Positions 38,201 to 47,337 are shown, numbered from the stretch's first letter. The stretch is DNA of 64,000 nt from a bacterium (GCA_963674965.2 CAXXFL010000005.1:64001-128000); one strand, 5' to 3'. Translations and numbers: made by a program. Notes: generated from the sequence alone by a model not told the origin.

Positions 38201-39818
38201 GAACCCCGAGCAAAGTAGCGCCGTCCATCACCTGGACCGTTGCCCCGTCGGACTTTTGCCCGTAATACATCATCTCGGGGAAAGCGGCCTCGTCCCCGGG
38301 ACCAGGCAGGGTCTCGCAGAACCCCCACCTTCCGGAGGAAACAACGGGGGCGTCCCGAGCGAAATCTATTTCTTCCGTGCCCAACAGGCCGGCCCTTCTG
38401 TTAAGGGGGGAGACGGCCGTTCTTTGTTCGGTTATTCCGGAAAGGTCCCATATCAGGCCCTCCTGGCCGTCCTCGCTCTCGATCATGTAAATTTCCATGC
38501 CGTAATCGATAAACATGAGAAGGCTGTCCTTGTCGGGGGACTTGACCACGCTGACTTCACTTTGGAATTTCGAGGGAACGTTGGTCTTGGTCCCGATAAA
38601 AAACTCGCCGTCGTTGATGGCGCTCTTCACGTCGGCCTCCTGGTACTGGATATTGCCGTCCCCCGCGCCGTAAATCTGGGAGTTGCACATCTCGAAAACG
38701 CCGTGGTCGCCCTCGTCCCCCGACCCGGGAACGCCGTCGCAGTCGGGCCACAGGTCCTCGATCTCGGTGTCGAAGTCCTCCGGCTCGAACACCTTGCCTC
38801 CATTCAGTTTCGAGTTGCCGCTCCTGGCGGGCTGGATCGCGGCCCGGGCGATATAGTTGTCCGTGGGATTGGTCAAGGGAGCCTCGAAGAACAGGTAATA
38901 CTGATTCTCGGCCGCCGATATGCAGTCGTTAGGGGTCAGGGTTTCCACCCTGATGTAATAGGTGCCCTCGTCGAGGACCTGGTACACGAAGGGGTCAAGG
39001 TAAAGGTAGTTGTCGAACCCCCTGGTGGAGGCCGTCAGTTCATTGCCGTCCTCGTCCTCGATGGAGAGCCGGAAGCGATGGAGGTTTTGATTACGGGCGA
39101 TCAGGGTCGTCCTCCAGGTAGTGAACCTTACCGAGGCCGCGATGATCGTGCCAGGGTTGAAAACCCTGAACCTCCAGTAGTCAATATCATAGGGGTCGTT
39201 GACCATTCCCTCGATAATATAGTTTTCCGTTTCGGGCAGAGTGTCCAGGACTATGGCGGTGGCCCTTGTTTCACCCGCGTTGTCCTCCCCGCAGGCCAAA
39301 CCGTCGTAGATGCCGACCGGCGCGGAGTTCAGCCCTCTCCCGTCCGTGTACCAGAACTTGAGCGAGCCGTTGGCCACCATGGCCTCGGGACGGTTCGAGG
39401 ATACCTTCGCCCCCGAGGAACTTCCGCTTTTATACTTCAACGTCAGGCTTGGCTCGTCGCCATTGTGAGTAAAGTTGTAGTAGTCCTTATCGTCGGGATC
39501 GTTGCTCGGGTAGTAGACTTCGTCTCCCACGTAGTAGTTCACTCCACCTCCGTCGAGGTCGGCGATCTCGCCGTTGGCCACCTGATAAATAAGAAATTTA
39601 CCATAGTAGGTTTCCTCGATCCCCTCCGGGTCCGTGGGCTCGGGCGGGTCGTCCGCCTCGGGCAGAAGTCCCAGGCCGGGTATGAAACATCCGGTCAGCG
39701 CCAGATTGGAGAAAGCGACCGTAAGGAAAAGGGACGTCACGAGGAAAAGTCTTCCCAACCCGATCCTCGAGTTATTAATATTGTCCTTCATAAGAGCACC
39801 TCCATTGTCACTCGCCAT
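35214..39818 (-). CDS. Large lipoprotein (1534 aa): PPC-like domain, split GH43/130-like propeller, GxDG repeat insert, C-terminal Cys + TM + basic tail
   Basis: Lipobox LTGC (alternative start 39791); DIDYWRF...GTYYIRV; IYLYYTG, RIGLATA, VGVARSLDGVNWE, YAHPTVV, HIGYA; C-terminal MCQM...IAIFALPLILILAFRVAAKKQKA. Confidence 0.75.
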   Translation of the reverse strand: MASDNGGALMKDNINNSRIGLGRLFLVTSLFLTVAFSNLALTGCFIPGLGLLPEADDPPEPTDPEGIEETYYGKFLIYQVANGEIADLDGGGVNYYVGDEVYYPSNDPDDKDYYNFTHNGDEPSLTLKYKSGSSSGAKVSSNRPEAMVANGSLKFWYTDGRGLNSAPVGIYDGLACGEDNAGETRATAIVLDTLPETENYIIEGMVNDPYDIDYWRFRVFNPGTIIAASVRFTTWRTTLIARNQNLHRFRLSIEDEDGNELTASTRGFDNYLYLDPFVYQVLDEGTYYIRVETLTPNDCISAAENQYYLFFEAPLTNPTDNYIARAAIQPARSGNSKLNGGKVFEPEDFDTEIEDLWPDCDGVPGSGDEGDHGVFEMCNSQIYGAGDGNIQYQEADVKSAINDGEFFIGTKTNVPSKFQSEVSVVKSPDKDSLLMFIDYGMEIYMIESEDGQEGLIWDLSGITEQRTAVSPLNRRAGLLGTEEIDFARDAPVVSSGRWGFCETLPGPGDEAAFPEMMYYGQKSDGATVQVMDGATLLGVRTTTPSAYPGLPAVTFGSNQWLESSALVDVEEGRTIYAGADGIINTYFAPKYQAYDRIPRVLYYDGDLNRYQVWPHPLMADDQYFNSVEFYGPANPDNPMLHDLVAGATVRALQPLGGSNQSGFLFGDDRWNEASFLVDGESLYPTKYLREQNCAFLEMGENFDKCALGVPIDPRTGEEPVSIEAGGDGKLQTVDNVLKKWKGDDELCLGRPADGGTVAAICPGNDGKFGWDDIYLNIAGDDAITRCIDPQHSPSSYPYPPLWTPFLAPILGSMPDFPEREVVCIGAGDNGILDTLVDVAEGYTVMWSYTIMDIQNFEYVLGGDHRCETMDGNSAICPGIEITIDMRSVVPPVINMPVVKRSNRIMTVWPMYVNSPSQMDLEWAVPPGGYEPLIRAFPAKVDYYSRYDDEFCFTGQGIGICPGENGYFQSYTINHRMEVDRGEDLFNMWEQYGDVIEQPCYTMMAEEVQDDLNGEVWVEYVVYKDYGVRFDDKIKWSADEGFHVTTGRNGINQSCVGAGDDQIIGFNKGSTDPNNKSRGWPIIDSGVDGTLQTYALADEIRRYGDGVVKINAGADGVVNSYALGDDILNSWIGTGKPDYPCVVSGEDGRANTIALYNDSQLYDPGDLADLDDGEFTGFDAYQTFGSDAIVRGNNIYLYYTGFGWETIPDPFRESKGALAGLGECHRVGLDGFWGDKEIKYKVDDEQNAIREETSIYYREPMLSYEDFANAVDNDNGVMLAPRIGLATADIHCLRNNETDPMAWRNCWNYRSKPVLDVGQQCAGNFDFAIDLGDLGDLISVSLKPETNYDGAYSPEIKTTTSPDGDGTMYLMFFTGLMDTEKKGIDESYSADVNVGVARSLDGVNWENLRGDIPPLVWPTAVDLGILLSSGDAWAYAHPTVVDAGLDDYNYPVYGMFFNQYKKMEQSAPNTYYDMRKLDHIGYALRKGQSYLMCQMGKDFSLGKSDSMKAFVQIAIFALPLILILAFRVAAKKQKA

Positions 39819-39831
39819 TTTTCCTCTCCCC

Positions 39832-41277
39832 TCACTTCCACCAGGTTACCTGGACGCCGAACTGGGTTATGCTTCCCGAGGTCTCGACGTAGAAGTCCTC
39901 GATGGGCAGGGAACCCCACTGGTCCGGGCGCAGGTTGTAATCCCTGTCATCCAGCGTCGTTTGCTGGAAATGGAAATCGATCTCTATCCTCGGAGGATTG
40001 AGCGGGTTCCTGACGGCGCGTTTTCCCTTGGTTTTGTCCCAGCCCACGCCCAGCCCGAAGGAGTAAACGTCAGCGTCCGAGTCGACCATCGCCACCTGCC
40101 ACTCGTAGATCGCGTCGGGCTGCGGCGACACCCAGTGATAGTATCCGCCCCTGACCGACATTTTCATATTGTTCAGGTTCTTGAGCTTCCAGACCCTGAC
40201 GGCGCTGGGAACGTCTCCCACGTACTCGAAACCGTACCTGTCGAACTCGATGTTCTCGAGTCCCGGGTCCTTGATGGCCAGTTCCTGGAAAAAGCCCGGC
40301 GTGAATATGGTGGAGGCGCTCCAGTCGTACATCTTCGAGGAAGGATAGAATCCCTGCCAGTTTTGGGCCTCATGGGAATAGGCCAGGGTCATAAGGCCGT
40401 CGGTCCAGGGCACGGGCACGTGGGCCGCGGCCCCGTACACGGTGGTCTCGACCTGGCCCGGCGCCTTCATCTCGATGAAGTAAAACTGGTCCTCTCCCAT
40501 GATGCCGCCCTGGCCGCCGGCCAGCTGCAGGCGGATGTGGTAAGTGGACCAGCTCTCGGGAGCGTAGGAGTATCCGAAGCTGAAGTATTTTATCGGGCGA
40601 AGCGTCACGTTGAAGCCCGTGGTGTAATCCTCGCCCTCGTCTCCTCCCACCGAGAAACTCATGCCCTCGAGGTTCGAGTAGACCACGCCCGTTCCAATGC
40701 CCAGGACCGCCTCGAGGAGCGGGTCGACCACGAGCTGGTAATTCGAGGTTGAAATAAGGGAGTCCTTTTGGGCCGCGTTAATGCCCACCGCGAGCCAGTC
40801 CGTGATCCGAAAGCCCATGCCCGCGTTCAGTATAATGGGGAAGGGATCATTGTACTGGTCCCAACTCCAATTGGGGGGGCCGCCGCCGGTGATGGCGCCC
40901 AGGTCCAGGTCAACGATGTTGCCCAGCGAGGAAGTGTTCATGCCCACGACCAGTCCAGCCCCAATGCGGTCCCGGAGGAACCGCCGGTTGATGCCGAACT
41001 TGGCCACGAAACCGTCCTCGATGTCCTGCTCGCCGTTAATCTCCAGATTGTTCGTGACGGACGAAAACTGGATGGAACTGGAGTCCCTGGAGAGCGCCAG
41101 AGCGGAGGAATTGTAATAAACGGCCTCCCATCCGTTGGCAATGCTGACCATGGCCCCTCCCATTGCCGTACCGCGGGAGGAAACTCCCAGCGTGTCCATC
41201 GTACCCTTGGGGTAAGCCGTGACGGACAACGTCAGCGCTACCGCGATAACCCCTAATACCGCCGCCTTTCTGATCAT
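39832..41277 (-). CDS. FadL/PorV-like outer-membrane beta-barrel
   Basis: Signal peptide; hatch motif SRGTAMGGA...AVYYNSSAL; alternating beta-strands; ends FGVQVTWWK. Confidence 0.75.
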   Translation of the reverse strand: MIRKAAVLGVIAVALTLSVTAYPKGTMDTLGVSSRGTAMGGAMVSIANGWEAVYYNSSALALSRDSSSIQFSSVTNNLEINGEQDIEDGFVAKFGINRRFLRDRIGAGLVVGMNTSSLGNIVDLDLGAITGGGPPNWSWDQYNDPFPIILNAGMGFRITDWLAVGINAAQKDSLISTSNYQLVVDPLLEAVLGIGTGVVYSNLEGMSFSVGGDEGEDYTTGFNVTLRPIKYFSFGYSYAPESWSTYHIRLQLAGGQGGIMGEDQFYFIEMKAPGQVETTVYGAAAHVPVPWTDGLMTLAYSHEAQNWQGFYPSSKMYDWSASTIFTPGFFQELAIKDPGLENIEFDRYGFEYVGDVPSAVRVWKLKNLNNMKMSVRGGYYHWVSPQPDAIYEWQVAMVDSDADVYSFGLGVGWDKTKGKRAVRNPLNPPRIEIDFHFQQTTLDDRDYNLRPDQWGSLPIEDFYVETSGSITQFGVQVTWWK

Positions 41278-41851
41278 AAAACCCTCCCAAACGCAACAAT
41301 AGCCTCAGCCGTTGATGATTGTATAAACCATCGGCAATAGTTAATGAATGGCCTTGTATCTAAAGCACCCCACTTCCCGAGTTCACCACTATTTATGAAA
41401 AAAACCGACCGATGTCAAGTGAAAAGTAAACATAGCCTTAAATCAAAGATTAATTTTTTCCCGAGGGGTAAAAGAAAACCCCGCCGGCGAGACCGGGCGA
41501 AAAGGGAGAGCAAAATGTATTTTATTATTATATTTCAACATATTATCAATAAACGAGGCTTCCGATGCAAATGGAATTACCCTGAAATACAAAGGCCGGC
41601 TACCGTGCCCGTTTAAGGTTTACAATTTCGGTAGCGGGAAGCCGCGGGAAAGGAAAATATCAATCGATATTGTAGTCGATCGGCGTGATATTGCGAATAC
41701 GAAAGAGAGTTGAACAAGATGGCGGAAAATATCCTTTCACAACAAACCGGCGGTCCATTTATAAAATCCAGCCTGATCCAGGCCGGACAACAAGGACCGG
41801 CGCCATGGCTATAAGGTCTTGACCGCCGGTTCAATTCCCCCGGGCCGCCGT

Positions 41852-43864
41852 TCAGTCCCGGCCTATCCATACGGCCATATCAGACTTGCCCCGGTTGGCC
41901 CAGGCGTAATAGGGAATGGCGGTTAACGTCTCGCCCCGATGAGTCTTGCCCGTTATTTTTACCACGCCTCCCAGGAGTCCATCGTCGAACTCGGCCTCGA
42001 GTTCTGGGACGCGCGCCATGAAAAGCCCGTGCACGTCAAGACCGGGGTTATCCTTGTCCTCCAGGCAATAGACGAGGGGACCGCGAACGACGCTGACCTT
42101 ACCCGCGTTCTCCTTGACTCTCGGGTCGGACTCGACGATTTCCACCTCCATCTCGTAATCGAGTTCCAGCGCGTCGCCCGGTTGCCACGCCCGAGATATC
42201 CCGACGTAATCCCCCGGAGCGGAGTCGATCCTCCGCGGCTCTCCGTTCAGTCTTGCCCGTGCTCTCCTGGCCCATATCGGCCGGCGGAAAAAGAGAGTAA
42301 AGGACATGGGGACCTCGGGGTCAACCGCGATAAGGACTTTCCCATCCCAGGGAAAGCCGCTCTTGACGCCGATCAAGACCTTGCCCTCCGGCCTCGTGAA
42401 GGACGCCTCTCCGCCCACGAATTGATGGACGTATATCCCATCCTCGTTCTCGCCGTATACGTACCTTTCGATCGAGGCGATAAGGCGCGCGATGTTGGGA
42501 GGACAGCAAGCCGTTTGATACCAGGGTTGTCTCTCGTCTTTTCCGTATGACGCCAGGGGATTGCGGTAGAAAAATTTCTTGCCGTCAAGGGACAGGCCGG
42601 ACAAAAAGCCGTTATACAGGGTCCGCTCGATCTGGTCCGCGTACTTGGCCTCCCCCCCGGCCATAAGCATGCGGTGGGAGAAGAACACGCTTCCCGCGGC
42701 GGCGCAGGTCTCCGCGTAGGAGCGGTTGGGCAACTCGTAGTCTCGGCCGAAGCCCTCGGTAACGGGCAAAGACCCCATGCCGCCCGTGACGTAGGTCCTT
42801 TTATTGACGGTGTTGTCCCAGATGGTGGAAAGCGCCGCGAGAAGACGCTCCTCCCCGATCTCAAGATAAAGGTCCGTCGCGCCCGCGTAATAATACATGG
42901 CCCTGACCGAGTGACCCACCCCGGCGGTCTGCTCCTCGATGGGCTTTTGCCTCTGAAAATAACGGCCCGACCGGAAGTCGGCGAAGGCCCTGGGCAAAAC
43001 GGAAAGAGGGACGTCGGTGAAACCGTAGGACGCGCCGGCCGACTTGTCGTCCTCGGGGAGATAAGGCTTCCTGATCTTCGCCACCTTACGCGAAAGAGAC
43101 GCCTGGTCCGCCGCGTCTTCCAAGAGCGCCTTGACGTAGCCCTTCCTCTTGCCCCGCTGGTGGATAAAGTAAGAGGCCGCGTCAAGATACCTGGTGTCTC
43201 CAGTGGTCCGGTAAAGCCGGACCAGGGCCAACTCGATCTCCTGGTGGCCGGGGACTTCCTCCGCCTTGTCCGCCCGGAAGCGCTCCGCCACGTGGTCAGC
43301 CAGGCGCGTGGCCGGACCGATAAGGTCCTCGTTCCCCGAGGCGTGAAAATGAGCGCAACCTGCCTCGATAAGATGTCCGGCGCAATAAAGCTCATGGTTC
43401 ATCCATAAATTGGTCCATCTCGCCTCGGGAGCGAAGCTCTGGTAGTAGGTATTGATATAGCCGTCCTCCATCTGGACCTCGCCTATCAGGCCGACCACCT
43501 CGCTTACGCGGTCCCTGATCCACTCGTCCTCCGGATTTTTCTGGAGAAAATACGAAGCCGCCTCCAGCCACTTGTAAAGGTCGGAGTCCGCGTATACCGG
43601 TCCTAAATGTACTCCCTCGGCCCTTCCCGCCAGGACTCGGAAATTATTCAGGTGATGATGTTTTTCCATCTGCTCCCATTCCGCCGGCAAGGTCACGGTC
43701 CGGATCATCTCTTGGCGCGGGGTCCAGAAATCATCCTCGATCTTCACCCTGGCGAGCGGCACTTCATTGATAACGGCGTGAGGAGTGGCGTCCATGCAAA
43801 AGGCCTCCGTCGAGAAATATAAAGCGGCCGACAATAGTATCGGCCAAACCAGTATATGTTTCAT
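41852..43864 (-). CDS. Glycoside hydrolase family 127 (beta-L-arabinofuranosidase-like), secreted
   Basis: DSDLYKWLEA, HELYCAGH, GHQEIELAL, GHSVRAMY, YAETCA, CCPPN, AIPYYAWANRG; signal peptide. Confidence 0.93.
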   Translation of the reverse strand: MKHILVWPILLSAALYFSTEAFCMDATPHAVINEVPLARVKIEDDFWTPRQEMIRTVTLPAEWEQMEKHHHLNNFRVLAGRAEGVHLGPVYADSDLYKWLEAASYFLQKNPEDEWIRDRVSEVVGLIGEVQMEDGYINTYYQSFAPEARWTNLWMNHELYCAGHLIEAGCAHFHASGNEDLIGPATRLADHVAERFRADKAEEVPGHQEIELALVRLYRTTGDTRYLDAASYFIHQRGKRKGYVKALLEDAADQASLSRKVAKIRKPYLPEDDKSAGASYGFTDVPLSVLPRAFADFRSGRYFQRQKPIEEQTAGVGHSVRAMYYYAGATDLYLEIGEERLLAALSTIWDNTVNKRTYVTGGMGSLPVTEGFGRDYELPNRSYAETCAAAGSVFFSHRMLMAGGEAKYADQIERTLYNGFLSGLSLDGKKFFYRNPLASYGKDERQPWYQTACCPPNIARLIASIERYVYGENEDGIYVHQFVGGEASFTRPEGKVLIGVKSGFPWDGKVLIAVDPEVPMSFTLFFRRPIWARRARARLNGEPRRIDSAPGDYVGISRAWQPGDALELDYEMEVEIVESDPRVKENAGKVSVVRGPLVYCLEDKDNPGLDVHGLFMARVPELEAEFDDGLLGGVVKITGKTHRGETLTAIPYYAWANRGKSDMAVWIGRD

Positions 43865-44150
43865 TTGGCAACTCGACTCCTTTTTCGTTCTTTAGCAAAA
43901 CGGATTGAACCAAGACATTATTTGATATTAATCGCGCGGCGGAGCCATTACAAGAGAAATCTGCACCCAAAGGCTTGGATTATTGAGCGTCGATTCACGT
44001 CAACCGGAGTGTTTGAGAATCAGTAGGGGAAGTCCTTTGCGGCGTGAAATGCGGCGTGCTATTCTTTGTCTTGCCGGGATTGTCCTTGTTTGGACCGCTC
44101 GCCGTAAAGTCACTTATTTGATTTTAATTCGGGGCGTTTGGATATTGGAA

Positions 44151-45293
44151 ATGAAAAACGAAAGATCAAGGGGCCGCTGGGCCTTCAGAATAATTATCCT
44201 GCTTTTCGCGCTGGGAATTTTTTTTACGGGCATTGAGGTTTACTTTCGTTATTTTACAAATACGGCGATTATTATTCCAGGGTTGGCCCGCCAGAAGAAC
44301 GCCTTGAGTTACAAGGCAAGCCTTTTCAGCAGACAAGTATTAGAGCCGTCGGCCATGGTGGTCAAGGGCCACTTCGATACTTATTACGGGATAAACTCCA
44401 AGGGATACAGGGGGCCGGAATTTTCCTTTGAAAAACCGGAGGGCACGATCAGGATTATGGTATATGGCGGATCGGCGGTGTTCGATATCCTCATGAGCAT
44501 GGACGATCACTGGCCGTATAAAGCCCAAGGCCTGCTCCATGAAAGGGGCTTCACAAAGGTGGAGGTCATTAACGCCGGCATACCGGGTCACGCTTCTTTC
44601 GACTCGGTGGGACGACTGTTCTCGGAGGGGCACTATTACGCCCCCGATTTCGTGGCGATGGACAACGCCTGGAACGACTTGAAATACTTCCTCTATAAAG
44701 GCCCGCCAATCCCGCTGGTAGAGCCTTATCATAGAAGCCGCGACCCACGACTGGACTATCATAACGCCGTTGACCGGTTCCTGGGCGAGCGTCTTTCTTC
44801 TTATCTTTTTGTAAGGCAGAAATTTTATATAGACAAACTGAACATAGGACCGGAAGGAGGGCTGGGGGACTTCGAAAAGGAACCGGACGTCCAAAATAGC
44901 GCCCTCAGGCAATATAAGCTCAATTTCATGGCCTTCGCGGATATAGCTAGGGACGCGGGAGCCGAGCCGGTCCTTATCATTCAGCCTCGCCTGGTCTCCG
45001 CCGATAACCGGGAAGAAGACAAGGAAAAAATCAGATACGAATACCCCGGAATGGACCATCGACAACTTGTCGAGGCTTTTTCCATGACCGATGAAATTAT
45101 TTCCGAAGTCGCAAGGGAAAAAGAAGCTTTTCTGATAGACTCCACAAGCCGGCTTACCGGAAAACCCGAGTATTTCGAGGACCACGTCCATTTTTCAAAG
45201 AAAGGGTCGGATAAAATGGCCGAAATATTCGCCGGCGAAATGGAAAAAATATTATTGGAAAAAAGCCGCGCAAGCTCTTTGCCCGCGCCATAA
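44151..45293 (+). CDS. Membrane-anchored SGNH/GDSL hydrolase-like protein
   Basis: TM helix, INSKGYRG, YGGS, INAGIPG, WND, DHVHF. Confidence 0.85.
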   Translation: MKNERSRGRWAFRIIILLFALGIFFTGIEVYFRYFTNTAIIIPGLARQKNALSYKASLFSRQVLEPSAMVVKGHFDTYYGINSKGYRGPEFSFEKPEGTIRIMVYGGSAVFDILMSMDDHWPYKAQGLLHERGFTKVEVINAGIPGHASFDSVGRLFSEGHYYAPDFVAMDNAWNDLKYFLYKGPPIPLVEPYHRSRDPRLDYHNAVDRFLGERLSSYLFVRQKFYIDKLNIGPEGGLGDFEKEPDVQNSALRQYKLNFMAFADIARDAGAEPVLIIQPRLVSADNREEDKEKIRYEYPGMDHRQLVEAFSMTDEIISEVAREKEAFLIDSTSRLTGKPEYFEDHVHFSKKGSDKMAEIFAGEMEKILLEKSRASSLPAP

Positions 45294-45426
45294 AATTTGA
45301 TCGGTCATCATGCCGGCGCCTTCCATTTCCTCCTCTGACGAAGCTTTCACCGCCGTCCCTTCTTAAGGACCGGTATTGATTAATTAATCTTACCGGTATA
45401 CAATGTAGAGTGAAAGGAGATCGTCC

Positions 45427-45693
45427 ATGGGAAAAGAGGCTAGCGAATACAAGGGGGAGAGGGCGAAGATTATAATGATGGGCACGAGGAAAAACGTGCC
45501 CGGTTGGAAGGGAGAACTATTCGTGGCCGTGATCCAGTATGGAGATTCTGACAACGTCAAATACGACGTAATTCCCGACTCGACCGATCCCTCGGAAGTT
45601 GACGATCTGCCCGAGGTCAAGACCTTCGAAGACAGGAGCCTGGCAATAAATCACTTTATGCGGCTGGAACAAAACAAAAACAAATGGAAATAA
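45427..45693 (+). CDS. Hypothetical protein (88 aa)
   Basis: Strong GAAAGGAG RBS and protein-like composition; no family recognised. Confidence 0.7.
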   Translation: MGKEASEYKGERAKIIMMGTRKNVPGWKGELFVAVIQYGDSDNVKYDVIPDSTDPSEVDDLPEVKTFEDRSLAINHFMRLEQNKNKWK

Positions 45694-45995
45694 TCCAGGG
45701 GCAAGACGGCCGCGGCAAAGCGATCGGCGCCGCGGATTTGGCGCCGGCAAAATTCTTTTATGACCCCTCCGTAAGTCGCATGATTCCGCATCGCGCTTAA
45801 AAACGTTTCCTTGAAATTCATTACCACTCGGTAAGTGATGGATTTATCTATGTTTCATTACACGTCACTCAGGAATCCCACTATGTCAAAAGGTCAAGAC
45901 CGCATTCCTTATTGGAAGGATTGAATCTGAATTCGCGCTCGTAAATCCCCGTTAACCCGCTAATTTGGAAGTCATAATCATGGATTAGCCAAAGT

Positions 45996-46011
45996 CGGAA
46001 CAATAATTGCT
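45996..46011 (+). promoter_or_regulatory. Putative sigma54 (-24/-12) promoter
   Basis: CGGAACAATAATTGCT: GG-N10-GC with TTGC, about 95 bp before the ATG at 46105, in an AT-rich region. Confidence 0.55.
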
Positions 46012-46104
46012 CCTATTTATAAACATTAGAAATTACTAATTTTTACGCGGGTTATAAAAAAATGGCGTGACCGCCAAAGGCGGTCGAAACGGAAAGGAGA
46101 GAAC

Positions 46105-47337
46105 ATGAGCGAGAAACGGACTAACGCGTTGGCATTAGGCGCCGTGCTTCTACTTTGCATGTTCACCAGTCAGTTGGCCGTAGCCGACGGCACGGAAGTG
46201 CTTCCCAAGGGAAGAAGCGCGGTAAACGTGGGTTACATTTTCGATTATTTCGACCGGGAGTTCGACGACGCGGGAAGCGACAGGGAGGTTGGCTACTATC
46301 TTAACGAGACCGACGTGACCGATTTGGGCGAGATGGTAATAGCTGGCGAGCTTGCCTCGCAGGGCGTATTCCTGCCTTATCCGAACAGTGACATTTTAAG
46401 ATACGCCTATACTGAACTGAAAGGCGAGGTGAAAGTCGACATAATCGGGTTCTCCTACGCCTACGGCGTAACCGAGAACCTGACCGTCGGCCTGGGCTTT
46501 CCCTATTTCACCAGGGCCCAGACCGACGTCGAGTTCGACGTGCGGGTCCTGCCCAGCGCCACGGCCCAGGCCACGCCCGTGGCCCCGGGCGTAAGCCTGG
46601 CGGACGTGATCAACGGCATGGACGCCAAGGAACTGGCCCAGGGATTCTTAACTGACCTTGGCTACTACAGGCTGGACGACTGGAGCGGTGACCCCGGCAT
46701 CGGCGACCTGAAAGTCTTCGCCAAGTACCGCTTCCTCAACCAGGACCACTGGAAGGCCGCCGCCGGCGGCTTCGTGCAGATACCCACCGGCGAGCCGGAC
46801 GACGAGAGGAACGTGGCCGATATAAGGTACGGAAGCGGCGCCTACGAGACCGGGGCCTTCGCCATGGTCGACCTCATCCCGTGGGACCCCATGACTCTGA
46901 ACCTGACGGGAAGATACGTGGTTATCTGGCCCTATGATCGGGGGGTGTTCGTTCTCGACCCGAACGACCCCGTCTTCGGTGACAAGTTTTACCAGGAAGA
47001 GTTCGCCACTCTCCACGTGAACGGAGAATACGACAAGGGAGACTATTACGAGCTCGAGACCGAGTATTCCTGGGAAGTCTACAAGGGCGTTACGCCCTTC
47101 GTCGGCTACGTTTACAAGCAGACCCAGTCGGACAAGATCGACGGAGACGTGATGCCGAAAACCATCGAGATCGAGCGGAAGCTCTTCTACGGACTGACGG
47201 CCAGCTCCGTGCCCTACTATCAGGACGGCAAGGTCAAGCTGCCCATGTCCCTTAGCGTATACAACGAGCCGGTGCTGACGGGCAAAAACGTGGAGAAGAC
47301 TAACAGGTTCTATTTTATGACCACGTTCTATTTCTAA
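46105..47337 (+). CDS. Outer-membrane beta-barrel (MetA-pathway phenol-degradation/transporter-like)
   Basis: Signal peptide AVA-D; GIGDLKVFAKYRF, IPTG, YGSGAY; ends FYFMTTFYF. Confidence 0.75.
   Translation: MSEKRTNALALGAVLLLCMFTSQLAVADGTEVLPKGRSAVNVGYIFDYFDREFDDAGSDREVGYYLNETDVTDLGEMVIAGELASQGVFLPYPNSDILRYAYTELKGEVKVDIIGFSYAYGVTENLTVGLGFPYFTRAQTDVEFDVRVLPSATAQATPVAPGVSLADVINGMDAKELAQGFLTDLGYYRLDDWSGDPGIGDLKVFAKYRFLNQDHWKAAAGGFVQIPTGEPDDERNVADIRYGSGAYETGAFAMVDLIPWDPMTLNLTGRYVVIWPYDRGVFVLDPNDPVFGDKFYQEEFATLHVNGEYDKGDYYELETEYSWEVYKGVTPFVGYVYKQTQSDKIDGDVMPKTIEIERKLFYGLTASSVPYYQDGKVKLPMSLSVYNEPVLTGKNVEKTNRFYFMTTFYF

Noticed and set aside
35214-39818. Multiheme cytochrome or intein in the Cys-rich large protein
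   Set aside because: No CxxCH motifs and no intein splice-junction motifs were seen.
37896-40001. 701-aa plus-strand ORF, and similar long ORFs such as 30641-32401, 56715-58295 and 1077-2558
   Set aside because: These are antisense shadows of well-supported genes, as expected in GC-rich DNA, and they carry no motifs.
41799-41850. tRNA-like sequence (GGCGCCATGGC...GGTTCAATTCC)
   Set aside because: Too short, the T-stem does not pair, and there is no anticodon arm or matching acceptor stem.
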